IMG/VR virus record: IMGVR_UViG_3300025097_002022
Coordinates: 16,058-80,057 of that record
DNA length: 64,000 bases
Strand: one strand, 5' to 3'
Source of the DNA: a virus
A model generated the notes under the pieces. The model was not told the origin of the DNA, made no database searches, and saw only the letters and a list, made by a program, of their open reading frames with translations. The position numbers and the translations under genes are program-made. The number at the start of each line of letters is the position of its first letter. Within the stretch, counting starts at the first letter, position 1. This document shows positions 10,988 to 21,190 of this stretch, one piece after another.

Positions 10988-12061
10988 ATGGCTACAACTT
11001 TTAAGACACTTACTGCAAATGACATTGCTAATACGAGAACTCTTCTTCATGAAGCCATTCCCCTAACGGGCACAATCGCTTCTGGAACATACACTGAAAA
11101 CTACGTGGCGACAAATGTCAAAACATATTCTCACGGAATGTTCGAGTCAACTTACGATTATCCATATCTGAGTTCCTCTGCAAACCATATCTTCGATCTC
11201 TCTATGGGCTATTCCACAGGATCCGCCCTCTCTTCCAGTGCAGGAACGGGCGTCCAGCAGTCCAAGAAAGTGAACATCTACAATCAGATGGCTCAGGTTC
11301 TTGTTGGACATAACGCTGAAGGCGCAATTCAAAGATTTGATCAAGATGGAAACCTTGCAGCAGGCGGAGAGAAGCTTGATGAAGTTATCTTTGTCAACTT
11401 TGCGAGACTCCTGACAAAGGACGAGATTAAAAAGGGAACCTTCTCCATTGCTTTCGCAACCGGAGGAACTCCTGACGCCCCAGATGACTTGTTGACAATC
11501 GGCGATCACGGCGCAGCAACCAGCTATCTTGTAAACTCCCCAGCCGGAGAGTATGGCATTCTCTATACTTCATCTGCTACTCCAAGGAGCCAGTCCGGTG
11601 TCGGCTTAGTATATTACCAAGCTGGTGTCGCTGTCTTAAGCAGTTCTGTTTTCGGCGCGAATTCGATGGATGGATGCACGTCGTCATGGACGGATCTTGG
11701 ACCAGGATTCAGTTCCGGCTCATTCGACTTTCTCGCAACTGGCTCAAACATCGATGTTATGTGTGATTCTTTCCGAAACAGACTAAGTAATATCTCTTTC
11801 AATAACACTATCGAGTTAAATTCCACCATCTACTTCTGTAGAGCGAATCATAACGAATTCAATTATAGTGCAAATCCAACCTATCTCTCTTCAAGTCAGA
11901 TTAGGGTGAAGAACACGACTTCAGACAACCCAATATCATACATCACTACAGTTGGATTGTACTCCTCGGACAACGAACTTCTTGCAGTAGCCAAACTATC
12001 GGAACCATTGAAGAAAGATCCGAACACAGAGCTTACCTTAAGAGTCCGACTCGACTATTAA
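10988..12061 (+). CDS. Structural protein, paralog of 12698..13885
   Basis: C-terminus EFNYSANPTY...YITTVGLYSSDNELLAVAKLSEPLKK...LRVRLDY is shared with the 12698 gene. Confidence 0.6.
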   Translation: MATTFKTLTANDIANTRTLLHEAIPLTGTIASGTYTENYVATNVKTYSHGMFESTYDYPYLSSSANHIFDLSMGYSTGSALSSSAGTGVQQSKKVNIYNQMAQVLVGHNAEGAIQRFDQDGNLAAGGEKLDEVIFVNFARLLTKDEIKKGTFSIAFATGGTPDAPDDLLTIGDHGAATSYLVNSPAGEYGILYTSSATPRSQSGVGLVYYQAGVAVLSSSVFGANSMDGCTSSWTDLGPGFSSGSFDFLATGSNIDVMCDSFRNRLSNISFNNTIELNSTIYFCRANHNEFNYSANPTYLSSSQIRVKNTTSDNPISYITTVGLYSSDNELLAVAKLSEPLKKDPNTELTLRVRLDY

Positions 12062-12082
12062 TTCACAATACCGTCAAGTATC

Positions 12083-12679
12083 GTGAAGGAATACAGCAAT
12101 CTCTTTTTAAAACTCAAGTATTTGTATGCTAAAATAGACTATCAACAAGAAGTCTATGAGCAGGCAAAAATAGGGTTTGAAGAGTTTGCGACAAAGTTCT
12201 GCGAAGATAACGGTATTGAAATTAAGCAGCCCTCGTCTTTTTCGGAGGACACATCAGTTGAAATCCGAGGAGATGATGAAATATCCGACATCGACATCGA
12301 GAAGCAAAGCACTCACATTAAGCTCCTCTTTCGAAAGATTGCCATCAAAGCACATCCAGACAAGCTTGTCAAGTTTGGTGAAGAAGAGCGAGACAGAAAA
12401 ACAAAGCTTTTTCTTGAAGCGCGAGAGGCAGCCGAATCTGGACAGTGGTTCACCCTTGTGGACATCGCCCAAAGTCTGGGCATCACTCCTCCAAAGCCAG
12501 ACACCGAGCAGCTTGAATTACTTCAAGGAGAGTCTGAAAATATTGACAAGAGAATCCAGGACATTGAGTCAACCTATGCATGGATCCTCCACAATGCCCA
12601 GAGCGAGGAGCAAAGAAAGCTGATAATGATTGCTTATCTCAAGAATTTTGATATTGATTTGGCAAAAGATGACAACTGA
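12083..12679 (+). CDS. J-domain-like (HPD) co-chaperone
   Basis: IKLLFRKIAIKAHPDK...KTKLFLEAREA matches helix II-HPD-helix III of J-domains; GTG start. Confidence 0.65.
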   Translation: MKEYSNLFLKLKYLYAKIDYQQEVYEQAKIGFEEFATKFCEDNGIEIKQPSSFSEDTSVEIRGDDEISDIDIEKQSTHIKLLFRKIAIKAHPDKLVKFGEEERDRKTKLFLEAREAAESGQWFTLVDIAQSLGITPPKPDTEQLELLQGESENIDKRIQDIESTYAWILHNAQSEEQRKLIMIAYLKNFDIDLAKDDN

Positions 12680-12697
12680 CAGCTACTTATAAGAGAA

Positions 12698-13885
12698 ATG
12701 GCATATAAGAAATTCAAAAGTAACGACATATTTCATAACACCATCGAAATGAATCCGGGTTATGATTTTGTCATTTATGACAGCAGTATCTACCTCAATA
12801 ACAAAGGTGCGATATCTGGCGCTCATGTTTCGAATGTTGGCGATGTTCCAACAGGACATGTTAGCCTCTACGAATTGAATATAGACAGAGCATCCGGCAA
12901 TAAGATATACCCATTCACCACCAAGAATGGATCTCTCAGTACATTTAAGACAATCACAACATCAAAGTTTAACTCAGACTATCTCTACGGCGCCACCATC
13001 ACAGGTTCTTACCCGATGTCTGCCAGTATCGTCCGCGAGTTCTTCGCATCCACGGTAATTTCCAGAACAGGAAGCGCCAATCACCTTAACTCATTGCGCA
13101 ACACTCTTAACTACTATCAACCACTCAGTAATCACTATGCCTTCAGTGGCTCTCTGGGCGACAAGGGCACGCAGGATGTAAATCTTGTGAGCATTCCCTC
13201 AATCATTTTCGGAGCCTCGGTTAAAAAGGGCTCTGTGGACTTGAAATTCTATGTTTCCGGTACTCTGATCGGGCAACTTAAGGACGAGAACCGCGATGGA
13301 GAGCTAATCCAAGTTGGTCCAGCAGGCTCCACTGACTCTGGCTCCGTCGCAGGCGTCGTGCTCTATAACGAAGGATTCGTTCTTCTGACAGGATCTTGGG
13401 ACATGGCAACCGGACCATACGCTGGCTTCGCAGGCGAATCATACACCGGAGCGCCAACTCTCAAGCCAAAATGGATTTACTTTGGAGCAGGAGCAAACGA
13501 CGGCATCGCTCCAGCAAGCGTTGTGTCATCCAGCTTTGGACTCAATTTCAAGGGAACGACAAAGAGTCAGACGATAACAATGCTTGCTCACGCTCAAAAG
13601 GGTGAGTTCAATCATTCGAATAACCCGACATATAAGACATTTAATCAGAACATAACTCCCCAAACAGGTTCCCAAAGTTATGTCGAGAGTCCAAACTTGT
13701 CGATAAAGAACATTGCATCCTCGTCCTATCCAGATCCAGTTGCTCCTTTCGAGAAGACAACGTATATCTCCTCCGTCGCTATTTATGATGAAAATAGAAA
13801 TCTAATTGGCATTGCAAAGGTGGCAACACCCATTCGCAAGACAGAGGGAAGAGAGTTCACCATTAAGATGAAGCTGGATATATAA
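12698..13885 (+). CDS. Structural protein, paralog of 10988..12061
   Basis: C-terminus EFNHSNNPTY...YISSVAIYDENRNLIGIAKVATPIRK...IKMKLDI; motif CTACTTATAA at 12683. Confidence 0.6.
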   Translation: MAYKKFKSNDIFHNTIEMNPGYDFVIYDSSIYLNNKGAISGAHVSNVGDVPTGHVSLYELNIDRASGNKIYPFTTKNGSLSTFKTITTSKFNSDYLYGATITGSYPMSASIVREFFASTVISRTGSANHLNSLRNTLNYYQPLSNHYAFSGSLGDKGTQDVNLVSIPSIIFGASVKKGSVDLKFYVSGTLIGQLKDENRDGELIQVGPAGSTDSGSVAGVVLYNEGFVLLTGSWDMATGPYAGFAGESYTGAPTLKPKWIYFGAGANDGIAPASVVSSSFGLNFKGTTKSQTITMLAHAQKGEFNHSNNPTYKTFNQNITPQTGSQSYVESPNLSIKNIASSSYPDPVAPFEKTTYISSVAIYDENRNLIGIAKVATPIRKTEGREFTIKMKLDI

Positions 13886-15972
13886 TGAATTCTATTTTTG
13901 AAAATTGGAATAGCTATATCCTCTCTGAAGAAGTATTGACAGAAGTCTCCTTCGCCGATGCTCAAAAGGTTCTTGATTCAAAGCGCACCGTGAAGATTAT
14001 TAAAGGCTGGCGTTATGACAAGAATCGCGAATTGGAAAAACGAGGATTTGAAGTTAGCGATGATAAGGGCGGAATCAGAGCCGACTTTGATCACAGGAAG
14101 TTAAAAGAAAGCATCCTCCACCTTATACCAAACGACATAGAGGACGGGCAAAAGGGAACCGCAATCTTGTGGATCTTGAAGATGATAAGGGAGGACGCAG
14201 GCATCGCCAACGATTTCATAACTGGAAGAATCGGAGATTATATGGGAGTCGAACGCGATTTGGAAACCTTCTTCCATCATCAGAATTTTATGCCTAAACC
14301 GGACTTGCTCTCAATTAAAACAATTCGTGATTTTGAAATGGTAGTGAGTTCTGCACAAGATGAGATAGAGAAGGCACAGCACAAGAAATTGTATCTCGAT
14401 GCCGAACAGGGAACTGAAATATTCCGAGACGATGCAGAGTGGAGAATATATGCTCTTCACAACAAGGGCGCATCTTGTCATTACGGAAAAGGAACTAAGT
14501 GGTGTACTGCTGCTCCTGGCTTGAAGTACTTCGAACAGTATTATAAGCCCGACGATCCGCTATTCTATTTTGAGAAAAAGAGCGGGAAAGAGGGCGAGAT
14601 AGGAGAACGATGGCAGTTTCACTATGGATCCAAGCAGTTTATGAATTCCCAGGACGAACGAATAGACAGAGAGGAAGTGATTGAATATAGCGAGATGCTT
14701 CTTGCGACACCGGCTGCGAGCAAGTATCCGATAATAGAGAAATACTTAAAACCAATCTTTGGCGGAGAGGCGACAACACCTCCTGAAGTACTTATAAAGC
14801 TCGCTTCAGATGAAGATGCTATTGTAAGAAAGGCTGTTGCTCGGAACCATGCTGCGCCACCGGAAGCTCTTGCAAAGCTTGCAATGGATGAGAGGCAGAT
14901 GACAATTGCCGACGTTGCTGAAAACCCCGCTGCCACAGCCGAGATCCTTGCACAGCTTGCAAGACATCCCAATGAAATTGTTCGACAAAAAGTCGCAGCC
15001 AATCCATCAACCACACCAGAGATACTTTCCAAGTTCTCTTTGAAAGACGAGGACATGGTACTCAAATCTGTTATAGATAATCAGAAAACCCCTCCAGAGT
15101 TCCTTGCGAAATTTATTTCACCCGAAACCGATTCATATCTCAAAAAAGCCGTCGCAGTCAATCCGAGAGCCACTCCTGAAGTTCTCGAAGTCCTTGCTTC
15201 GGATGAAGATCCATATGTCAGGGAGGCTGTCGCAAGTAATCCAAGTGCCTCCGCTGAGATGCTTTCAAGACTTGTATTCGATGATGAATGGCGCGTCTCC
15301 AATTCGGTATTGGGTAATTTGAACACGCCCTCAGACGCCCTTGCTAAGATTGCCAAACAAATAGGAATCCAAAACTCCACTGACAGACGCCTCATTCAAA
15401 TCGCCGATCATCCAAACACGCCCCCTGAGACTCTCGCAATTCTTGCTTGGAACCACGACTATCCTCGGGTTCAAAAATCCATCGGAAACAATCCAAATAC
15501 TCCCGTTGAAGTTCTTGTGAAGTTCGCCGAGGCTGAAGGTGATTCAAGTCATCTACAAGAATTTGTCGCAGCAAACCCGAATCTGCCCGTTGAATACATT
15601 ATGGACTTTCTCGAAGATAGTCGGCTACGCATTTGGGCAGTAAAGAATCCATCAATTCCAGAAGATATCGCTGTTGAAATCGCCTCCTCTGAGGATGATT
15701 ATTTGAAAAGACAGTTATCGTACAACGAATCACTGCCTGTCCAAGCTATTGAAGTACTCGCTAATTCCGATACCCCCCTCTTCAGAGAACTCATGGCAGT
15801 CAAGCCCACAACTCCAATAGAGATCCTCTTGAAGCTTCTTTCGGATCCAGAAAGACACATTCAAGGTGCGGTAGAAAGAAATCGAACATATAAGAGATAC
15901 CTCAAATCAAAGCAGATAACAGAGTCGATTCGAAAAAGAGTCAGAAAAATAATTACAGAGAGAACAAAATGA
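13885..15972 (+). CDS. HEAT/leucine-rich-variant repeat protein with an N-terminal domain (ASCHYGKGTKWCT)
   Basis: About a dozen ~24-aa repeats of type LA.D....VR.AVA.NP.TP.E.L; N-terminal leader shared with the 54283 gene. Confidence 0.8.
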   Translation: MNSIFENWNSYILSEEVLTEVSFADAQKVLDSKRTVKIIKGWRYDKNRELEKRGFEVSDDKGGIRADFDHRKLKESILHLIPNDIEDGQKGTAILWILKMIREDAGIANDFITGRIGDYMGVERDLETFFHHQNFMPKPDLLSIKTIRDFEMVVSSAQDEIEKAQHKKLYLDAEQGTEIFRDDAEWRIYALHNKGASCHYGKGTKWCTAAPGLKYFEQYYKPDDPLFYFEKKSGKEGEIGERWQFHYGSKQFMNSQDERIDREEVIEYSEMLLATPAASKYPIIEKYLKPIFGGEATTPPEVLIKLASDEDAIVRKAVARNHAAPPEALAKLAMDERQMTIADVAENPAATAEILAQLARHPNEIVRQKVAANPSTTPEILSKFSLKDEDMVLKSVIDNQKTPPEFLAKFISPETDSYLKKAVAVNPRATPEVLEVLASDEDPYVREAVASNPSASAEMLSRLVFDDEWRVSNSVLGNLNTPSDALAKIAKQIGIQNSTDRRLIQIADHPNTPPETLAILAWNHDYPRVQKSIGNNPNTPVEVLVKFAEAEGDSSHLQEFVAANPNLPVEYIMDFLEDSRLRIWAVKNPSIPEDIAVEIASSEDDYLKRQLSYNESLPVQAIEVLANSDTPLFRELMAVKPTTPIEILLKLLSDPERHIQGAVERNRTYKRYLKSKQITESIRKRVRKIITERTK

Positions 15973-16496
15973 AAATATTGGGACTTGATGTGAGTTCCTC
16001 TAAAATTGGTATTGCACTCCTTAACAATGATGACATTGTAATAAGCGAAGTGTTGAAATTTAAGTCAAGCCAATCTTTGGAAGAGCGAGCAGAACAATTT
16101 GAAAGAAGAATGCGAGAGATAGAAGAGCTTCATGTCATCTATGATGTTTTTGTCGAACAACCGGCAATGATGTTCAAGGGCGGCAAGACAACAGCACACA
16201 CAATGGCGACACTTCAGAGATTCAACGGAATGTGTTGCTATGTCGTAAATAGCGTTTTTGAAATGGAAGCTGAACTTGTAAACCCCCTGTCCGCCCGTTC
16301 TGTCCTCGGAATAAAAGTGCCGAGAAAGATACCGAGCAAGGCGAAGAAGAAATTCATCATCGACAACATAACAGAGCGATTTGACGGACAGTTCAAATAC
16401 AACATGACTCGTCAGGAGAATCCTCAACCCGGAACTGACGACAGAGCAGATGCTTTAGTTGTTGCCCTCGCCGGTCCTTTATTATTTGACGACTGA
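15969..16496 (+). CDS. RuvC-like Holliday junction resolvase
   Basis: ILGLDVSS, VFVEQP and DDRADAL acidic catalytic pattern of the RuvC fold. Confidence 0.75.
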   Translation: MKILGLDVSSSKIGIALLNNDDIVISEVLKFKSSQSLEERAEQFERRMREIEELHVIYDVFVEQPAMMFKGGKTTAHTMATLQRFNGMCCYVVNSVFEMEAELVNPLSARSVLGIKVPRKIPSKAKKKFIIDNITERFDGQFKYNMTRQENPQPGTDDRADALVVALAGPLLFDD

Positions 16497-16514
16497 TGTA
16501 AAGTGTGTTATATT
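16486..16514 (+). promoter_or_regulatory. sigma70-type promoter TTGACG-N17-TATATT with extended -10
   Basis: Exact 17-nt spacer; primase GTG begins 8 nt after the -10 box. Confidence 0.7.
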
Positions 16515-16521
16515 ATAGTCT

Positions 16522-17454
16522 GTGAAGAAACTCAAGATTATATCCGAGATCCTCGGCAGCAGCTATCGTTCAAATAATGAACACTTATTCTTGTGCCCAT
16601 ACTGCAAGCACGACAAAAAGAAGCTCTCCGTAAATGTCGAGAAGAACCTTTTCAAATGCTGGATTTGTGAGTCCACAGGCAGGGACATCCGTCGCCTCGT
16701 CCGTCGCTTTGGAAACTTCAATCAACTTGCAGAGTGGGACAATCTCACAAACCGGACAAACATCAGTGATTTCGATGACTTGTTTGCAGAAACACAGTCC
16801 GAAACGGAACCCGCTCCATCTCTCGGCTTACCCGAGGGCTTTAATTCTCTTTGCAACAAGCCATCTCTCGCAGCCCTGCCCGCTCTTAACTATCTCAAAA
16901 ATCGAGAGATATCTGAGAAGGACATGCTCTATTGGAAGATGGGCTACACTCTATCTGGCAGGTTTTCAAATCGCGTTGTAATTCCATCCTTCGATATCAA
17001 CGGAGACTTGAATTACTTCATCGCGAGAACATTCTCTTCAGATTTCCGAAAATATCTCAACCCTCCCGTCTCAAAGGACATCATCTTCAATGAACTCTAT
17101 CTTGAGTGGGACTCGGACTTGGTGATAACGGAGGGTGTCTTCGATGCCATCGTTGCTGGTCCAAACGCCGTCCCCCTTCTTGGTTCGACTCTCCGCCAAA
17201 ACTCTAAACTGTTTAGACGAATCGCCCAGAGCGATACCTCCATCTTCCTTGCTCTCGATCCAGATGCAGCGAAAAAGGAAGAAAGGATCATTCGACTTTT
17301 TCTGAGCTACGGCTTGGAAGTGTTTAAGATAGATGTCAGCGGATATGAAGACATTTCAGAAATGGGACGAGAGGAGTTTTTGAAAAGAAAAGAGGACGCC
17401 ACTCTTATCCGAGAGACTGACTATTTATTGGAAACAGCAATAGCGGGAATTTAA
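16522..17454 (+). CDS. DNA primase (DnaG/T4 gp61-like)
   Basis: Zn finger CPYC...CWIC; RVVIP; TOPRIM motifs ITEGVFDA and LALDPDA. Confidence 0.85.
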   Translation: MKKLKIISEILGSSYRSNNEHLFLCPYCKHDKKKLSVNVEKNLFKCWICESTGRDIRRLVRRFGNFNQLAEWDNLTNRTNISDFDDLFAETQSETEPAPSLGLPEGFNSLCNKPSLAALPALNYLKNREISEKDMLYWKMGYTLSGRFSNRVVIPSFDINGDLNYFIARTFSSDFRKYLNPPVSKDIIFNELYLEWDSDLVITEGVFDAIVAGPNAVPLLGSTLRQNSKLFRRIAQSDTSIFLALDPDAAKKEERIIRLFLSYGLEVFKIDVSGYEDISEMGREEFLKRKEDATLIRETDYLLETAIAGI

Positions 17455-17461
17455 AAAACTC

Positions 17462-17490
17462 TTGACACTCAACTCTAATTGTGCTATATT
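17462..17490 (+). promoter_or_regulatory. sigma70-type promoter TTGACA-N17-TATATT
   Basis: Consensus -35, TG extension, ATG at 17497 (leaderless spacing). Confidence 0.8.
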
Positions 17491-17496
17491 GTCTAT

Positions 17497-17703
17497 ATGA
17501 GCGGGAAGTTCCAAGTCGGAGACATTGTTGTTTTTGATGAATCATACTTCAGCCACTACTATAGCTCACGCGAGCCCGCTAAACCAATGTTAGTTATGAA
17601 GACTCCACCTTTAGGATCAAAGATTTCAGTTGCATATGTTCTTCCAATTGGGGAAACGGAGTCCTTTCCAGTTTATATGAAGTATCTCAAGAAAATAGAG
17701 TAG
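17497..17703 (+). CDS. Small hypothetical protein (FQVGDIV, SH3/KOW-like)
   Basis: 68-aa ORF from an ATG 7 nt after the -10 box. Confidence 0.55.
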   Translation: MSGKFQVGDIVVFDESYFSHYYSSREPAKPMLVMKTPPLGSKISVAYVLPIGETESFPVYMKYLKKIE

Positions 17704-17719
17704 TTGAAAAAGAGGGCGT

Positions 17720-17748
17720 TTGATATTCACAGTCAAATGTGTTATAAT
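17720..17748 (+). promoter_or_regulatory. sigma70-type promoter TTGATA-N17-TATAAT
   Basis: 17-nt spacer, TG extension, upstream of the Mre11-Rad50 fusion. Confidence 0.75.
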
Positions 17749-17772
17749 ATAGTCGCTACATTAGGGGAATGA

Positions 17773-20700
17773 ATGAGTTCGAGTTATAAGATATGTCACG
17801 TAAGTGACATTCATATTCGCAAATTGAAATATCACACAGAATATCGAGAGGTATTTGAACAACTTTACGATAGTCTCCGCGCAGAGAAGCCGGATATCAT
17901 CCTGAACACTGGCGACACATTCCACACGAAGACAGATTTGTCAAGCGAGGCTGTGCAGATGATGAGCGAGTTATTTTCAAACCTCGCCGACATTGCTCCA
18001 TTTCACATGATTCTCGGCAATCATGATATGAATCTCCGTTCTCTCGGACGGCTGGACGCCATCTCTCCAATCGTGAACAACCTTGATCATCCAGATATTC
18101 ACTTTCACAAATTGTCAACCGTTGTATCTCTCACTGACGATATTGACATGCATGTTCTTTCTATTGTTGATCCGGACAATTGGCAGGAAGAGATAGACGA
18201 CAGCAAGACGAGCATTGCAGTCTATCACGGAGCCGTCAAGGGCGTCAAGACAGATATGGGGTGGGTAATGGAACACGGCGACATTGATGTCTCTACTTTG
18301 AACAAGTATGATTATGCAATGCTCGGAGATATTCATAAGACAAATCAGATGATTGGAGCCAATCCCAAGTTCCGCTACCCTGGCAGTTTGATACAACAGA
18401 ATCACGGCGAGACAAACGACAAGGGCTATCTCACTTGGGAGATATCTGGCAAAGACAGTTATGAAATTAGGCACACATCCCTTCAAAACCCACGAGCATT
18501 CGTTACCGTCGAGTTAACAAAGAAGGGACGAATGCCAAGGAACGCAACAGTCCCAGCAGGAGCACGTCTCCGTCTTGTTTCGAACAACAATTTATCCCTC
18601 GACAAGATGCGCCGCGCCGTCGATATTGCGAAACACAGATTTAAGCCCGAGAGCATTACCTTTCTCAATCGCGCCCTCGGTTCGCAATCTGGATCCGATG
18701 TAAATCCAGATGATTTCATCAAGGAAAATCTCCGAGACATCAGTGTTCAGAAGAGAATGATTCAGGATTTCTTAGAGGAATATGAGATTGAAGACGAGGT
18801 TTTGGAGAGAGTCTTGGAACTCAATTCAAAATATAACACAGCAGTTGAAAATAACGAAGAGGTAGCTCGAAATATTAATTGGAAGCTTAACTCGTTTGAG
18901 TGGGACAGTCTCTTCAACTATGGAGAATCCAATTCAATTGATTTCACAAACATCAGCGGAATCGTTGGAATCTTCGGAAAGAATTATTCAGGCAAGTCGA
19001 GCATCATTGACGCTGCTCTCTACACACTGTTTAATTCCACCTCGAAAAATGAACGAAAGAACCTCAATATCATTAATCAGAACAAGGACAGAGGGCAGGG
19101 GCGAATTGGAATTTCGATTGGAGACAGACAATTTGTAGTCGAAAGGAGTAGCGAAAAATATACAAAGAGGCTTAAAGGCGAAGAAACACTTGAGGCAAAA
19201 ACCAATGTTGATTTCCTCGAAATCAATGCCCTCGGAGATGAGGTGGTAAGTCACAACGGAATGACGAGAGCAGACACCGACAAGAACATTCGCAAGATGT
19301 TCGGAACCCTCGATGACTTTCTGTTGACATCCATGGCATCTCAGTTAGATAGTTTGACATTCATCAAAGAGGGTTCAACTCGGAGAAAAGAGATTCTTGC
19401 CAAGTTTCTTGATCTTGAAATATTTGATAAGAAATATAAAATGGCGAAAGAAGACGCCTCCGATCTACGAGGCGCCCTCAAGCGTCTTGAGGGGAAAGAA
19501 TTTGAGGGAGACATCGAGCAAGCCATGCGAGATACCATGCAGAGTTCCATTGATATACAGGAAAACGAGAAGAAGTGTCAGGAATATAATCAACAACTAA
19601 TTGATATCGCTGCATTCCTTTCTGAAGTTGAGGGTAAAATCGCCTCAATCCCTCTCAAGGTTATCGACATTGAAGCAGAGAGCGCTCTCTTGTCGTCAAA
19701 GAGAGGGGACATTCTATCCCTGACGGAGGAAAATAAAGAAATTCGAAAACAAAACAAGAGCAACGAAACATTGATTAGGAAGTTGTCAGATTTTCTCTCA
19801 GATTATGATATCGAGAATTTAAGAAATAAAAAGAAAGAAGTCTCAGATAAAAATGATAAATATTCTGAACTTACAAGTCTCTTGAGAGAGAAGAAGAGAG
19901 ATGTTGAAGATAATGAAAAGCGAGTGAAACTTCTCGAAGAGGTTCCTTGTGGAGATCAGTTTTCTTCTTGTAAGTTTATTTGCAACGCTCATAAGGCAAA
20001 TTTGGAACTTCCAGATATGTTGTCTGAAGTTAATGCAATACAGCAACAGGGTGTGAAGATTTTGAAAGATATCAACTCTCTTGATTCCAAAAAGTTGGAT
20101 GACTATTTGGATAAATACGACGCACTGGTGGACAGGAGAACACAGGTTGAACAAGAGATGTCTGTGTCTGAGCTTGAGTTGGCAAACAATCTAACACGAC
20201 TTGAAGTATTTAAACACGAGATTGAAGGAATTGTAGAGAGTATCAAAGTATATGAAGATAATCGAGACGCAATCGAGAACTTGGAGCAACTTGTTTCGAA
20301 AAGGAACGAACACGCTGCTTTGCTGAGCAGGACTGAAAAGAATTGCAAGCAATGCAAGCAAGATTTGAATGATTTGTATGTCTCACATGGATCTTACGAA
20401 AACAAGCTTCAGAATTTGATGGACCAGAAGAGTGAACTATCAGATTTGCGAGAGGACTATTCCGCATATGATTTATATATGAAATGTATGCACTCCAGCG
20501 GCATTTCATACGATATTATTAAAAAGAAGCTTCCGGCAATCAATGAGGAAATCGCAAAGGTATTAACGAATATTGTCAATTTTGAAGTTTTCTTTGAAAA
20601 CGATGGAAGGCGATTAAACGTCTACATTCGACATCCAAAACATGATCCTCGCCCAATCGAAATGGGATCTGGTGCAGAAAAGACAATTGCATCAATGGCT

Positions 20701-20937
20701 ATCCGACTTTCTCTTTTGCATGTTAGTAATTTACCCAAACCAAACATTTTCGTAATGGATGAGCCGGGCACAGCGCTGGACGCCGAGAATCTTGAAGGAT
20801 TCGTGAGAATACTGGAAATGGTGAAATCTTATTTCAAAACAGTTATCTTGATATCCCATCTTGATTCTCTGAAAGATTGTGTCGATGTCGTAATCAATGT
20901 AGATAAAAAGGATGGATTTGCATATGTCAGCCAATGA
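17773..20937 (+). CDS. Fused SbcD/Mre11 nuclease - SbcC/Rad50 ATPase (T4 gp47-gp46-like)
   Basis: Phosphoesterase motifs SDIH, GDTFH, GNHD, GDIH; Walker A GKNYSGKS; long coiled coil; signature GSGAEK; Walker B VMDEP; ISH. Confidence 0.9.
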   Translation: MSSSYKICHVSDIHIRKLKYHTEYREVFEQLYDSLRAEKPDIILNTGDTFHTKTDLSSEAVQMMSELFSNLADIAPFHMILGNHDMNLRSLGRLDAISPIVNNLDHPDIHFHKLSTVVSLTDDIDMHVLSIVDPDNWQEEIDDSKTSIAVYHGAVKGVKTDMGWVMEHGDIDVSTLNKYDYAMLGDIHKTNQMIGANPKFRYPGSLIQQNHGETNDKGYLTWEISGKDSYEIRHTSLQNPRAFVTVELTKKGRMPRNATVPAGARLRLVSNNNLSLDKMRRAVDIAKHRFKPESITFLNRALGSQSGSDVNPDDFIKENLRDISVQKRMIQDFLEEYEIEDEVLERVLELNSKYNTAVENNEEVARNINWKLNSFEWDSLFNYGESNSIDFTNISGIVGIFGKNYSGKSSIIDAALYTLFNSTSKNERKNLNIINQNKDRGQGRIGISIGDRQFVVERSSEKYTKRLKGEETLEAKTNVDFLEINALGDEVVSHNGMTRADTDKNIRKMFGTLDDFLLTSMASQLDSLTFIKEGSTRRKEILAKFLDLEIFDKKYKMAKEDASDLRGALKRLEGKEFEGDIEQAMRDTMQSSIDIQENEKKCQEYNQQLIDIAAFLSEVEGKIASIPLKVIDIEAESALLSSKRGDILSLTEENKEIRKQNKSNETLIRKLSDFLSDYDIENLRNKKKEVSDKNDKYSELTSLLREKKRDVEDNEKRVKLLEEVPCGDQFSSCKFICNAHKANLELPDMLSEVNAIQQQGVKILKDINSLDSKKLDDYLDKYDALVDRRTQVEQEMSVSELELANNLTRLEVFKHEIEGIVESIKVYEDNRDAIENLEQLVSKRNEHAALLSRTEKNCKQCKQDLNDLYVSHGSYENKLQNLMDQKSELSDLREDYSAYDLYMKCMHSSGISYDIIKKKLPAINEEIAKVLTNIVNFEVFFENDGRRLNVYIRHPKHDPRPIEMGSGAEKTIASMAIRLSLLHVSNLPKPNIFVMDEPGTALDAENLEGFVRILEMVKSYFKTVILISHLDSLKDCVDVVINVDKKDGFAYVSQ

Positions 20938-21190
20938 AGTGAGGTATATTGTTTTGCCATATGAGGGGCACTGCGAAAAGTTAGTCGATATCAGAGAGTC
21001 AGTCCCGCAGCATGAGTTCGATTACAAAAACGCTCGTAAATTTCTTGATTATGTCTATTTATTAGAAGAGATTGCCTTGTGTGTGAAGGTAGAAGATTAT
21101 GCCAAAGCATCCGATAAAATAGGTATTTTACAAAACGGCGAGTTTATAACTTTTAAAGCCGCAGTTAAAAAGGAAGATAAAAATGAGTAA
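20924..21190 (+). CDS. Hypothetical protein
   Basis: ORF filling the gap between neighbours; start uncertain. Confidence 0.5.
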   Translation: MSANEVRYIVLPYEGHCEKLVDIRESVPQHEFDYKNARKFLDYVYLLEEIALCVKVEDYAKASDKIGILQNGEFITFKAAVKKEDKNE

